The translations under genes and the position numbers were made by a program. The notes under the pieces were generated by a model that made no database searches, was not told where the DNA came from, and worked only from the letters and a program-made list of their open reading frames with translations. From the IMG/VR virus record IMGVR_UViG_3300047320_000285, positions 124,001 through 188,000 of that record: DNA of 64,000 bases. One strand, given 5' to 3'. Shown piece by piece: positions 10,106 through 18,944 of the stretch (position 1 is its first letter; each line of letters begins with the position of its first letter).

Positions 10106-10211
10106 CTTAGTCACGGTGACAGACTTGAGCGGCTTCCGGGAGTACTCCGCAGGGAGTTCCTGAAGTCAATGGGTCTGTCTGAAATAGGGGGCAGACCCAC
10201 CGTGACCTAAG
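10106..10211 (+). ncRNA. Candidate structured RNA (three-way junction) just after the capsid stop
   Basis: P1 CTTAGTCACGGT (10106-17) pairs with ACCGTGACCTAAG (10199-211). P2 10133-148/10153-165 has a GCAG loop. P3 GGGTCTGTC/GGCAGACCC (10171-79/10190-98). Confidence 0.4.
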
Positions 10212-10245
10212 GTGACTCTCAGCGGTAAGGCTTGTGGTTGGGGCT

Positions 10246-10294
10246 GTCCCACTCCCTCGGGTCTTCGGACTCGGGGGGTGTGGGACTTTATGCC
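10246..10294 (+). terminator. Capsid operon terminator: long stem with cUUCGg loop then TTTATGCC
   Basis: GTCCCACTCCCTCGGGTC-TTCG-GACTCGGGGGGTGTGGGAC-TTTATGCC. Confidence 0.7.
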
Positions 10295-10317
10295 TGTAAA
10301 TTTTCTATCGCATGTTC

Positions 10318-10407
10318 TATGATCTGGAGGCAGTGCGCGAGTGCTGTCTTGCAGGGATCCGAAGGTAGACGGGAGCCTCACGGTTTCCGTCTACTGGGTG
10401 TTATGCC
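10318..10407 (+). ncRNA. Candidate small late RNA: TATG, GNRA hairpin, second hairpin, TTATGCC
   Basis: TATG 10318-21; stem 10327-36/10341-50 with GCGA loop; stem GTAGACGGGAGCC/GGTTTCCGTCTAC 10365-94; TTATGCC 10401-07; no credible ORF. Confidence 0.35.
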
Positions 10408-10430
10408 GTTGCTGCATTTATTTTTGGCAA

Positions 10431-10438
10431 TATATTAC
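10431..10438 (+). promoter_or_regulatory. phiKZ-type early (virion RNAP) promoter TATATTAC
   Basis: Exact match to the established phiKZ early consensus, preceded by an AT tract (TTTATTTTT). Lies 73 nt upstream of the operon leading to an nvRNAP subunit, which must be expressed early. Confidence 0.6.
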
Positions 10439-10510
10439 CAACTAGCATGAGAAGAGCCGGTAACAAGCTGGCCTGATAAGTTAAGCCGTGCAAGCTGTAG
10501 GAGTTTTGCC

Positions 10511-11713
10511 ATGAGTGCCCATTTTGGCCAGAACGTTTTCTTCGGCGCTCCGATTGTACGAGTAGGCGTGTATCCTGCTGAACGTGCGTACGATCTTTCT
10601 CCTGTGGAAATCAAGCAGGAGTTTATCAACGAGCTGCATGAGAACGTCACCATCGTGCTAAGGAATGGGTTGCCCTTTCAGATTCGCGGCAAGAAAGGAC
10701 AAGCCCGCCGAAGACTGACGGTCAATTACACCATCGTTATCAGTGGTGAAGCGGTACATGAGACTGCGAACGTGCTCGCTCAGATCACTTCCCGCAGTCC
10801 GGTGACTATGCGCATCCTGAAGGAGGCTTATGAATCCCACGCAAGGAATTATTCGCCCAACCAACCGATCGTACTCAAACTTGAGTACATCATCACCCGC
10901 GAGGAGTTGAGAAAATACGGCAATTCCCTCTATCATCACGGATTGGATTGCTGGATCAGTACTACCGAGAGCACCAACTACGCAGTGCATCCGTATTCCG
11001 AAGAGGGCATGCTGCAAGGCACGATCTGGAATAACACACCCGATGCAGTCAAAGGTGGGGGTGCGTTGTATGCCGTGGAGATTGTCGATAACCTCGGCAC
11101 GTTTGGCGATCGGTATCTGAATATTGCCAACGAGATCTATCCGGTTCGGGCCAAGAAAGATGCCAAGCGCACCGATGGCGTGTATATCACGCGCACGTTA
11201 CCGAGCGAAGGGGAGTTGGGACGCGGGGAGATTGTGGCAGCGCATTGGCCGTTTAACAAGGCCGATGGTGCAGACTTCGATTTCACTGAGTTCCATCTGT
11301 ATCGGACTTTCACCGATGCCAAGACGCTGGGCGACATTGCGTCGGCCCGCAAGGCGGAGTTGCAGAGCAAAGATCACGAGCTGCAGCTCGGGCGCAAAGA
11401 ACTGGAGGCACTCAAACAGGAGGCGGAACGGAACAAGGCGGACTTCGACAGGGATAAACAAGCGCAAGAACGTGAGAACCAGCGCCTGCAACAGGAGATC
11501 ACTGAAAAGGATCGCCGGTATAAGGAGCTAGAAGTTGAGCGCGAGCGCATCAAGCATGAGTTGGAGTTGGAAAGAATGCGCAAGAAGGATCAGTACGAGG
11601 AACGGTCATCCAAGCGTAAGGATACGAGCGAGATGGTGAAGATCTTACCTGCCTTGATACTGGGGGCAGCCGCGATTATCACCACGCTTATCAGCGTGAC
11701 AAGGTCTAAGTAG
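10511..11713 (+). CDS. Conserved protein with long coiled coil and C-terminal TM anchor (phiKZ gp122-like position)
   Basis: SD AGGAG. E/K/R-rich heptads in the last ~130 aa, then ILPALILGAAAIITTLISV. Confidence 0.8.
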   Translation: MSAHFGQNVFFGAPIVRVGVYPAERAYDLSPVEIKQEFINELHENVTIVLRNGLPFQIRGKKGQARRRLTVNYTIVISGEAVHETANVLAQITSRSPVTMRILKEAYESHARNYSPNQPIVLKLEYIITREELRKYGNSLYHHGLDCWISTTESTNYAVHPYSEEGMLQGTIWNNTPDAVKGGGALYAVEIVDNLGTFGDRYLNIANEIYPVRAKKDAKRTDGVYITRTLPSEGELGRGEIVAAHWPFNKADGADFDFTEFHLYRTFTDAKTLGDIASARKAELQSKDHELQLGRKELEALKQEAERNKADFDRDKQAQERENQRLQQEITEKDRRYKELEVERERIKHELELERMRKKDQYEERSSKRKDTSEMVKILPALILGAAAIITTLISVTRSK

Positions 11714-11729
11714 CGTCGATGTGTAAGGG

Positions 11730-11748
11730 CTGTGTAAAAATACTGCCC
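11730..11748 (+). promoter_or_regulatory. Conserved upstream motif CTGTGnnAAAnTACTGCCC (copy 1)
   Basis: 16/19 identical to 46867-46885 upstream of uvsX. Resembles the phiKZ middle-promoter AAnnnTAC core. Confidence 0.5.
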
Positions 11749-11856
11749 GGCTCCATCTTAGGGAGTGCGGTAAGGTAGTAATGTGGTCTACCGTACATGC
11801 CCGCGTGACGATGCCTTGTTTCTTACTTAAACAATACTTACACTGGAAGGCCGACA

Positions 11857-13509
11857 ATGGACGCAGAACTGGCACGGCTCATAGCCCAGGAAACACCGGA
11901 CCTCAACCCGGATTTGGCCAACGGGTTAGCAGTCAAGCATATCCCGGATGTGGAGCCGTATATTGACTCCATCTTCCGGGCGCTGCAAAAGGGATTTCCG
12001 GATGGGTTTTCTTACGTCACCTCCACCCGTTGCGGGCCACAGGGTGACTTTGATGAGCTGACCAAGAAGAAGAACGGCAGTAAGCGGTACTACGATGTGG
12101 CGACCAGCCAACTGTTCATGACGATGCTGGTGTTCAAGTATCGGGGTGAAGAGATCCGGCGGCCACTGCAACTGCCTTATGTGGAAGACGCAGGGGTCAT
12201 CTACTTGGGCGGTTCGCGGTTTGTGATCTCGCCGGTGCTCTCTGACCGGGTAATGTCAGTGGACCTGAACAGTATCTTTATCCGCTTTAACCGGGGTAAG
12301 GTGACCTTCGAGCGCTCACCGCAGTATTTCCGCGCGAACGACGTGCAGGAAACGGTGGACGTGGTACACGGCAAGATCTATAACCGTCCCACCAAACAGA
12401 CCGGCACAGCCAAGCCCACCGTCAAAGGTAACACGACGCTGGTGCATTATCTGTTCTGCAAGTTTGGGGTGCATGAAACGTTTGAACGGTTCGCTGGCAC
12501 GGTGCCGGTATTTGGCGATGCGGAGACGGTCAATCATCACACGCATCCGCAGGATCAGTGGGTGATCTGCGAAAGCAGCGGTATCAAGCCGCGCGGCGTT
12601 GGCGACAAGATCTGGGTGCCCAGCCCGATTCGACTCGCTGTGCGTCGTGATCAGTACACGGCCACGATGAAGAATTATATCGCTGGTCTGTACTATATCC
12701 TCGATCACTTCCCCCGTCGCGTGGAGCTGAATCAGTTCACCGACGAGAAGTTCCGCAATCACACGGGCCGCTGGCGCGTGCTGATGGGCTATCTGATCTT
12801 TGGTGGTAACATCATGGAAGGTCACCTGCATGATAACGTGACGGATCACATCGGCAGTCTCGATGAGTACGTTGACGAAATCATGCGCGTGAAGTTCCGC
12901 GAGATCAAAGTCCCGGTAGAAGACATCTACCAGTTCTTCGGCATCCTGATCGAGCGCTTTAACCAGTGGTTGCTCGATGGGGCGGACAAGATCAACAGCC
13001 TCTATGACAAGGAACTCGGTGTTCTGTATTACGTCATGGAAGATGTCACGATCATGATCAACACGTTCTATTTCAAGTTGATCGCCAGTGCCAAGAGCAA
13101 GCGGGAAATGGGTAAGGACTTGAAAAAGGACGACATCGTCGACCTGATGAACAAGTTCCTGCGCCCCGGGAAGATCTACTCGGTCACCAAGATGCACCAA
13201 GAGGTGTCGACCACTTCGTGCTCGGGTGACAACAAGGCATTCAAAATCACCTCGATGATGGTGCCTCAAGCCAAGACCTCGCGACGCGCGGGTCGTTCTG
13301 ACAGCGGCGCGATGACCGATCCGGCTAAGATTCTCCACACCTCCGTGGCCGAGATTGGCGGGTATGCCAACATGCCCAAGAGTGATCCGTCGGGTCACTC
13401 ACGGATCAATCTGTACGCGCAGATCGATCGTTTTGGGGTGGTGCTCCAGAATCCGGAGCTGGTGTCGATCCTCAAGCCGACCGAGGAAATGATCCGTCGC
13501 AAGCAGTAA
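11857..13509 (+). CDS. Non-virion RNA polymerase beta subunit, N-terminal part (phiKZ gp123-like)
   Basis: 550 aa. LQLPYVEDAGVIYLGGSRFVISPVLSD matches the RpoB N-terminal LPx(n)GxFIINGxERV region. Synteny after the capsid gene. Confidence 0.85.
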   Translation: MDAELARLIAQETPDLNPDLANGLAVKHIPDVEPYIDSIFRALQKGFPDGFSYVTSTRCGPQGDFDELTKKKNGSKRYYDVATSQLFMTMLVFKYRGEEIRRPLQLPYVEDAGVIYLGGSRFVISPVLSDRVMSVDLNSIFIRFNRGKVTFERSPQYFRANDVQETVDVVHGKIYNRPTKQTGTAKPTVKGNTTLVHYLFCKFGVHETFERFAGTVPVFGDAETVNHHTHPQDQWVICESSGIKPRGVGDKIWVPSPIRLAVRRDQYTATMKNYIAGLYYILDHFPRRVELNQFTDEKFRNHTGRWRVLMGYLIFGGNIMEGHLHDNVTDHIGSLDEYVDEIMRVKFREIKVPVEDIYQFFGILIERFNQWLLDGADKINSLYDKELGVLYYVMEDVTIMINTFYFKLIASAKSKREMGKDLKKDDIVDLMNKFLRPGKIYSVTKMHQEVSTTSCSGDNKAFKITSMMVPQAKTSRRAGRSDSGAMTDPAKILHTSVAEIGGYANMPKSDPSGHSRINLYAQIDRFGVVLQNPELVSILKPTEEMIRRKQ

Positions 13510-13591
13510 CTACGCAGTAGACAAGTAAACACTTTTTTCATACGAGGGCTACAGGGACGCCTGTGGACCAATAAACAAGGAAGATAGCGCT

Positions 13592-15670
13592 ATGAGCAAT
13601 CAACAACTGCCGTTCGATCCCGAGAACTTGATGTGGCCAACCCAGTGGCTGAACATCGAGAATCCTCCGTTCGTCCCGCAGATCAACGTGGACCAACGTG
13701 CCGCGAATTATCTGCCGGTGATCTCGGGTCTGCTGATGCAGGAAATCCAGAACAACGCGCAACCGGGTCGACCGCTGCGCGTGTTCATGTATAACCTGTA
13801 TTCGAACAACGGTTGGGCGAACGAGAACTTCGCTCGTACCGTCGCAGGTATCTGTGACTGGTTCATTATGGCGATGGAGACGAATCAGTATCGCAGTGAG
13901 CAGGACTGTCTGACGGATATCGTGCCGAAGATGGCGGAGTTGGCCGCAGCAACCCAGCTGCGCGACTATCCGGCGTTGGAAGGCTACATCGACGCCAACA
14001 TGCATAACGCGACGGTTCAGCTGATCAACAACTTCGACGGCATCGCCCATCAGATCCAGAGCTACATGTCGCGTCAGCAGCAAGGTAGCCAGTGGGGCAA
14101 CCGCGGACAGCAGCAGCAAGGCGGGGGCTGGCAGGATCGTCAACGTGGTGACTGGCAAGGTCGGCGTCAAACGGGTGGAGGTAGCAACTGGGAAGGTTCA
14201 ACCCAGCGCCAGACCAAACCCCTCGACACGTTTGGCTCGGGTGGTTCCAATCTCTTCAGCGGTCGTCAGGCTGGTGGGGATCGTTGGGGCAAAAGTGGCT
14301 CGCAGGCCGAAGAAGGCAGCACGCGTTTCGATCGGCGTCGTGAAGAGCCGGCCCAATCGCGTTCCTCGGATGTCGAGGTGTCGGGTGGCGCAAAGATGGA
14401 TGACGGCTTTAACACCGGCTGGCGTCGCAAGGAGCAGCAACCGGCGGCGAAACCCACCCACGTCGAGATCGAGCAGACCGGTTCTACGCCGGCGCTGAAT
14501 AAGGGCAAGCTCGTCGAAGCGGTGCAGGAAGCGGTGGAAGTGCTGGCTGACGAAGCGAAGGCGGCCAAGCTGGTATGGAAGCCGAGTATCGATCAGCCGT
14601 ATCCGCTCGCCTACAACCCGCGTACGCAGTTGCTGTATCTGCGTAAGGAAACCAGCCACGCTGCTGTTATTCAAGTCGTCAAGGATCGTCAGGAAGGTTC
14701 CGTGGATTACGAAAAGCACAAGATCGTTCGCAGTTTTGGTCCGGGCGCGCGCAAGCTCTCGCCGGAAGAAAACCAGAAGAAACTCGAAGCCATGCGCCAG
14801 TCGCTGGAGCCGAGGAGCTTGGACGATCCGACCCTCACGGAAGAAGCACGTGCGCTCCTGAAGAACCGCGTGGTGTCCGACGCATGGATCATGGAAACGT
14901 CGCAAGATCTGGCGTGGGTCGTGGGTCTGGTCGGCAAGGAAGTCGACGGCATCGAAGGGACGTTGCCGGATGTCTATCATCGCCGCGCGAAGATCTGCGT
15001 GCCGGTTGTCGGGCTGGAAGATCAGTCCGCGATGATCCGCGAGCTGGGTGAGTGCGATACGTACGAAGCGCTGAAGCTCAAACTGCTGGCACTGGGTTCG
15101 ACAATGAATCCGGAGTTGTGGCAGCTGAGTGAGCTGAAGATGACGGAGGCGGTCAATCGCGTGCTGTCGCAACGCATGTCGATCGACGACATTCGCATCA
15201 CGTCGTTTATCGAAGACGTGACCGATGTGGTGCCGGTGATTGGCAAGGCGTATGGGCGCGTGTTTGTCGACGCGTTCAATGTTTCGGCGCAGGAAACCAT
15301 TGCCCAGACGTTCCAGACGGTGAACGACGGCATGGCCGAAGAGATTCGCCTGATGACCGACAACATCCTCGCGAACTACACGGGCGAAGCGCCCAACAAG
15401 CTCAAGTTCACGTATCTGATCTCGAACGTGACGATGACCTATCTCTCGTGCATGGCACAGGAGTTGGAAATCGAGCTGGATCCGAAGAAGGCGGTACTGG
15501 TGACCATCAACACGCCGTTTGTGCGTGAACTGCTGGCTGACATCCTCGAACGGGTGTCGGATGACTTCGAGTTCGATCGTCATTTCATCCGTACGGCTGA
15601 CGGTCGGGTGCTGGAGCTGACCCAAGGCTTGCTGGGGAGTAACTCGCTGTTGCTGCGCTGCGTGCGCTAA
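13592..15670 (+). CDS. Hypothetical protein with central Q/G/R/W-rich disordered linker
   Basis: 692 aa, SD AAGGAAG, typical codon use. Confidence 0.85.
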   Translation: MSNQQLPFDPENLMWPTQWLNIENPPFVPQINVDQRAANYLPVISGLLMQEIQNNAQPGRPLRVFMYNLYSNNGWANENFARTVAGICDWFIMAMETNQYRSEQDCLTDIVPKMAELAAATQLRDYPALEGYIDANMHNATVQLINNFDGIAHQIQSYMSRQQQGSQWGNRGQQQQGGGWQDRQRGDWQGRRQTGGGSNWEGSTQRQTKPLDTFGSGGSNLFSGRQAGGDRWGKSGSQAEEGSTRFDRRREEPAQSRSSDVEVSGGAKMDDGFNTGWRRKEQQPAAKPTHVEIEQTGSTPALNKGKLVEAVQEAVEVLADEAKAAKLVWKPSIDQPYPLAYNPRTQLLYLRKETSHAAVIQVVKDRQEGSVDYEKHKIVRSFGPGARKLSPEENQKKLEAMRQSLEPRSLDDPTLTEEARALLKNRVVSDAWIMETSQDLAWVVGLVGKEVDGIEGTLPDVYHRRAKICVPVVGLEDQSAMIRELGECDTYEALKLKLLALGSTMNPELWQLSELKMTEAVNRVLSQRMSIDDIRITSFIEDVTDVVPVIGKAYGRVFVDAFNVSAQETIAQTFQTVNDGMAEEIRLMTDNILANYTGEAPNKLKFTYLISNVTMTYLSCMAQELEIELDPKKAVLVTINTPFVRELLADILERVSDDFEFDRHFIRTADGRVLELTQGLLGSNSLLLRCVR

Positions 15671-15676
15671 AGCTAT

Positions 15677-15709
15677 GAGGGCCCGGGGGAAACCTCGGGC
15701 CCTTGTGCC
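15677..15709 (+). terminator. Hairpin terminator (TGTGCC variant)
   Basis: GAGGGCCCGGGG-GAAA-CCTCGGGCCCTT then GTGCCCTTT. Confidence 0.55.
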
Positions 15710-15727
15710 CTTTAACTGGAGAAACGC

Positions 15728-16030
15728 GTGAACAATTACGACCTGCTGAAACAGATTCTCGATGCAAGCGACGAGCACACCGAGCCGTTTGCCGTCGATG
15801 CCCGGATCGACATTCCCAATAACGAAGTGGTGATTCGCCGCACGCTGGGTCCGCTCTCACCGCGCACGCGCGTGGTCCGCTTCGCGCCGCTGGAAGTCGG
15901 TCACCAGATCGAGTACTCGGAAGTCAGCCACGGTGCGCCGCAACCGCCGACCAACGAGACCGCGGACACCACCCACGCGATGGAAGTCTCGCGGCTGGTT
16001 GGTCGGATCTGGACCCATCTGAAGGGATGA
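15728..16030 (+). CDS. Hypothetical protein
   Basis: GTG start with SD GGAGA; ATGA overlap with the next gene. Confidence 0.7.
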   Translation: MNNYDLLKQILDASDEHTEPFAVDARIDIPNNEVVIRRTLGPLSPRTRVVRFAPLEVGHQIEYSEVSHGAPQPPTNETADTTHAMEVSRLVGRIWTHLKG

Positions 16031-16461
16031 TCATGCGCCAAGATCATTTCGTTTATCGCCCGGATTCCACCAAAGTGGGCAAGATGATCGCGATGTTCTT
16101 GGCCGGCAGACTACTGGGACCGGACTGGTCCCGTTATGCCGTCCACCAGTACAGCGAAAAGAACAACGCCTTCGACGGCACGAGCCGGATCCAGCTGCAA
16201 AGCCAGCACGCGACAGGTCCGCAGGAATCCCTACCGTATCTTAAGGTCATGGAACCGGGTGGCAACATCCAGCTCGCTCAAACCATCCGGCTGGAATTCT
16301 GGTCCAATGGCGAGAAGATTTGGGCGCGGCAGTTTCCGTGGGCAGACTTCGACATGGCTGAAGTCGTGGACATCTGGATCTGGCTGCGTTTGTGTGGCAA
16401 AGATGGCAAACTCTGTGGTGCTGAAGAAGGCATCCATCCTGATAATCGCGTTAAACTGTAG
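16027..16461 (+). CDS. Hypothetical protein, paralog of 16474-16926
   Basis: Shared motif F..R.D..K.G.M.AMFLA. Confidence 0.75.
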   Translation: MIMRQDHFVYRPDSTKVGKMIAMFLAGRLLGPDWSRYAVHQYSEKNNAFDGTSRIQLQSQHATGPQESLPYLKVMEPGGNIQLAQTIRLEFWSNGEKIWARQFPWADFDMAEVVDIWIWLRLCGKDGKLCGAEEGIHPDNRVKL

Positions 16462-16473
16462 GAACTTTACACC

Positions 16474-16926
16474 ATGGCCACCAAAGCCGCCGTTATACCT
16501 GAACAAGAAGCCCCCAAGTATCGTTTCCCGCTGCGTGACGACCAGAACAAGGCCGGCCGCATGCTCGCGATGTTCCTCGCGCATTACGCCACCTCAGATA
16601 AGCGCGGCCAAGCACAGGTGCGCTTTGACGTCTACCAGACGATTCACGAGCGGGTTGGTGAGAAAGGCAAATTCGTCACGCTGCCGGTGTTTGTCAGTCG
16701 CATCTATGTGCAGCGCGACATCGACACTGACGATACGTTGCCCGGCCGTCCTTACCTACTGGTGGAAGAAACCCGCGGCGAAGTGATGGAAGACGACATC
16801 GTCATGGTCACCAAGGTCGAAATCGACGGCAAGGGTCGACCCAACCGTGATCGTCCCCATTCGCTCAAGCTCGATGAGCTGATGTTCAAAGCCGGCGAGA
16901 GCTACGAGTTTCTCGTCGGCATGTAA
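16474..16926 (+). CDS. Hypothetical protein, paralog of 16027-16461
   Basis: SD AGGA; RDDQNKAGRMLAMFLA. Confidence 0.75.
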   Translation: MATKAAVIPEQEAPKYRFPLRDDQNKAGRMLAMFLAHYATSDKRGQAQVRFDVYQTIHERVGEKGKFVTLPVFVSRIYVQRDIDTDDTLPGRPYLLVEETRGEVMEDDIVMVTKVEIDGKGRPNRDRPHSLKLDELMFKAGESYEFLVGM

Positions 16927-16935
16927 GGAGGCGCC

Positions 16936-17466
16936 ATGAGCGTACTGGTGTCAGTGACGTCGCCTGATCACGACCAAGACCAGATGAACGCGGTCGCCTC
17001 GGTCATCTTTGCGGATCTGATGGCAGATGGCTTTACCGATGTGCGGCTGGCCTTGGAGTATCCGGAAGGCAACGAAAAGATGATCGCGGAAGGCGGGGAT
17101 GACTATGCGTTTAACCCGCAGACCGTGCTCGAGGAATTGAAGCTGTCGCACGCGGAACTGTTCCAGAAGCCGGTGGTGATCACGGTGCCGGTTTTGGAGA
17201 TGCAAGGGCGGACGTGGGAAGTGATGGCCGATAGCCGGAACCCGGCACCCGAGGACATGGAGCCGGATGAGTATCCGTCCGATTATCTACCTGAGAACCG
17301 CCGCTGGCTGAATCTGGAGCCGAACGGGGATTGGGCACGAGGAATCGAACCTCCGCCGCCACCGCCCGAACCGACCGCGCAAGAGCGGGCACAGGCCGAG
17401 AAAGACAGCCTGATCGCCTACGGTCAGTCAGTCCTCGCCAAGGTCCGCAACAAAACATCGCGTTAA
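16936..17466 (+). CDS. Paralog-array protein 1 (unknown ~90-aa domain)
   Basis: SD AAGGAGG; DGFTDV...TVLEELKLSHAELFQKPVVI. Confidence 0.8.
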   Translation: MSVLVSVTSPDHDQDQMNAVASVIFADLMADGFTDVRLALEYPEGNEKMIAEGGDDYAFNPQTVLEELKLSHAELFQKPVVITVPVLEMQGRTWEVMADSRNPAPEDMEPDEYPSDYLPENRRWLNLEPNGDWARGIEPPPPPPEPTAQERAQAEKDSLIAYGQSVLAKVRNKTSR

Positions 17467-17475
17467 GGAGGCCTT

Positions 17476-18009
17476 ATGGGCATGGTAACGGTAAAGGTCG
17501 AAGGTGACGATCAAGAGCAGGTCAGTGGCGTTGCGGCTGGTGTGATGGTGGGGCTGGAGAACACCGGCTTTAAGAACGTGAAGCTGGGGGTCGAGTACGA
17601 AGCCAGCAACATGGAAGCGATTATCAATCGCGATCGATCGCTGGATGCACCCAGTACCCTACTGGCGACGCTGAAGATGCGTAATCCGGATCTGTTCGAG
17701 CAACCGGTGATGGTGCACGTGCCGGTGGTGAAGCCGACAGGTGGGTTGACGGTGTACGCTACCGAGGACAACATCATCCTCGAGGAAAAGGATGAGCATC
17801 CTCACCATCAGCCGATGCGGCTCGATCCTGCGCCCCAAGACGACATAGCGGAAATCTCGATCAAGTTCGCGGGCCGCAAGCATGTGTGCTGGGTCGGCGA
17901 TACCGAGAACGTGCAAGCCTGCTTTATCGATGGCAAGTGCTACGCACTGCCCGGGGCCTTTGTCGAGGGTCTGACAACCGTACTCGAGCCTCATCTGGCC
18001 AAGGATTGA
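17476..18009 (+). CDS. Paralog-array protein 2
   Basis: SD AAGGAGG; TGFKNV...TLLATLKMRNPDLFEQPVMV. Confidence 0.8.
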   Translation: MGMVTVKVEGDDQEQVSGVAAGVMVGLENTGFKNVKLGVEYEASNMEAIINRDRSLDAPSTLLATLKMRNPDLFEQPVMVHVPVVKPTGGLTVYATEDNIILEEKDEHPHHQPMRLDPAPQDDIAEISIKFAGRKHVCWVGDTENVQACFIDGKCYALPGAFVEGLTTVLEPHLAKD

Positions 18010-18112
18010 ACCCAGATCTCCCAGTGGCTGACGGGGAGATTAAAAAATGACGTCGGCCATCCATCCAATGCATTACCCGTAGTACCTATCTACAATCAAG
18101 GAGAGTAGTAGA

Positions 18113-18397
18113 ATGGACGCAGCAAACATCAACATCACCGCAGAATCCGAAGTCCTCGCTAACGCCATCTCCGTCGCGGTAAGCCAAGGCCTGTCCCAAG
18201 CCGGCTTCACCAACGTGATGAGCGTGACGGAAGTGCTGGAACCGGATTCGTTGCTGGCGCAAGTGCGTAACACCGCACCGGAACTCTTCGACACGGCGAT
18301 CGAGATCACCCAGAACGCGATCATCCCGAACGAAGAAATCGACGACGACGAAGGTCCCACGGCTGACGACCTGCCGGCGGACGAAGTCCCTGCGTAA
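18113..18397 (+). CDS. Paralog-array protein 3 (minimal domain + acidic tail)
   Basis: SD AAGGAG; AGFTNV...SLLAQVRNTAPELFDTAIEI. Confidence 0.8.
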   Translation: MDAANINITAESEVLANAISVAVSQGLSQAGFTNVMSVTEVLEPDSLLAQVRNTAPELFDTAIEITQNAIIPNEEIDDDEGPTADDLPADEVPA

Positions 18398-18414
18398 GCG
18401 GGTTTAAGCAGGAC

Positions 18415-18444
18415 GGCGGGGGCTTCGGCTCCCGCCTCTGTGCC
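18415..18444 (+). terminator. Hairpin terminator with cUUCGg loop
   Basis: GGCGGGGGC-TTCG-GCTCCCGCC-TC-TGTGCC followed by a T-rich run. Confidence 0.6.
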
Positions 18445-18475
18445 GCACCTTTCTTTTATACGAACTAATACGAAC

Positions 18476-18937
18476 ATGAACCAATTTAGCCGTCATCGCA
18501 ATAACATCGTGGGCCAAACGCTGTGCGAACGCGTACGCGCCAGCGTCATGAAAGAGCTGATCGCCGCCCGTGGCCCGGGTAAGCTGTTGCCGGTGTCGCA
18601 ATTCTTGGCGCTCCCCACGGCATGGGGGCCGCCGGAATTCCGTCTCTCGTTTCTGTATGCCAAGGAAACGGGTCAGCGCGAAATCCGCTTTACCGAATAC
18701 GCGGGCGCGAATTTCTTCAGCTGGTCGTTTAACCTGAACGACGACATCCGGCTGGAACACTACGTGCCGGTGACCCTGACGACCGAGCAGCAAGAGATCG
18801 TGCGGCAAGCGATCCACAAATACTTCCTGACGGGCTCGTATGTCGTGCATGGCTACGAAGCGCTCTTCATGACGGGGACGGATTTGTACCACGCATGGAT
18901 GAACAACACGCAAGTCAACGAGGCCCAAGCGGCCTGA
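18476..18937 (+). CDS. Hypothetical protein (start 18476 or 18440)
   Basis: Protein-like composition; interrupts the paralog array. Confidence 0.65.
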   Translation: MNQFSRHRNNIVGQTLCERVRASVMKELIAARGPGKLLPVSQFLALPTAWGPPEFRLSFLYAKETGQREIRFTEYAGANFFSWSFNLNDDIRLEHYVPVTLTTEQQEIVRQAIHKYFLTGSYVVHGYEALFMTGTDLYHAWMNNTQVNEAQAA

Positions 18938-18944
18938 GGAGGCC

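Noticed and set aside
10232-10450. 72-aa ORF in the post-capsid gap
   Set aside because: Runs through two terminator-type hairpins and the early promoter; no SD; atypical composition.
18016-18047. Hairpin ATCTCCC...GGGAGAT followed by an A run
   Set aside because: Polarity fits neither strand as an intrinsic terminator and it lacks the TATGCC flank.
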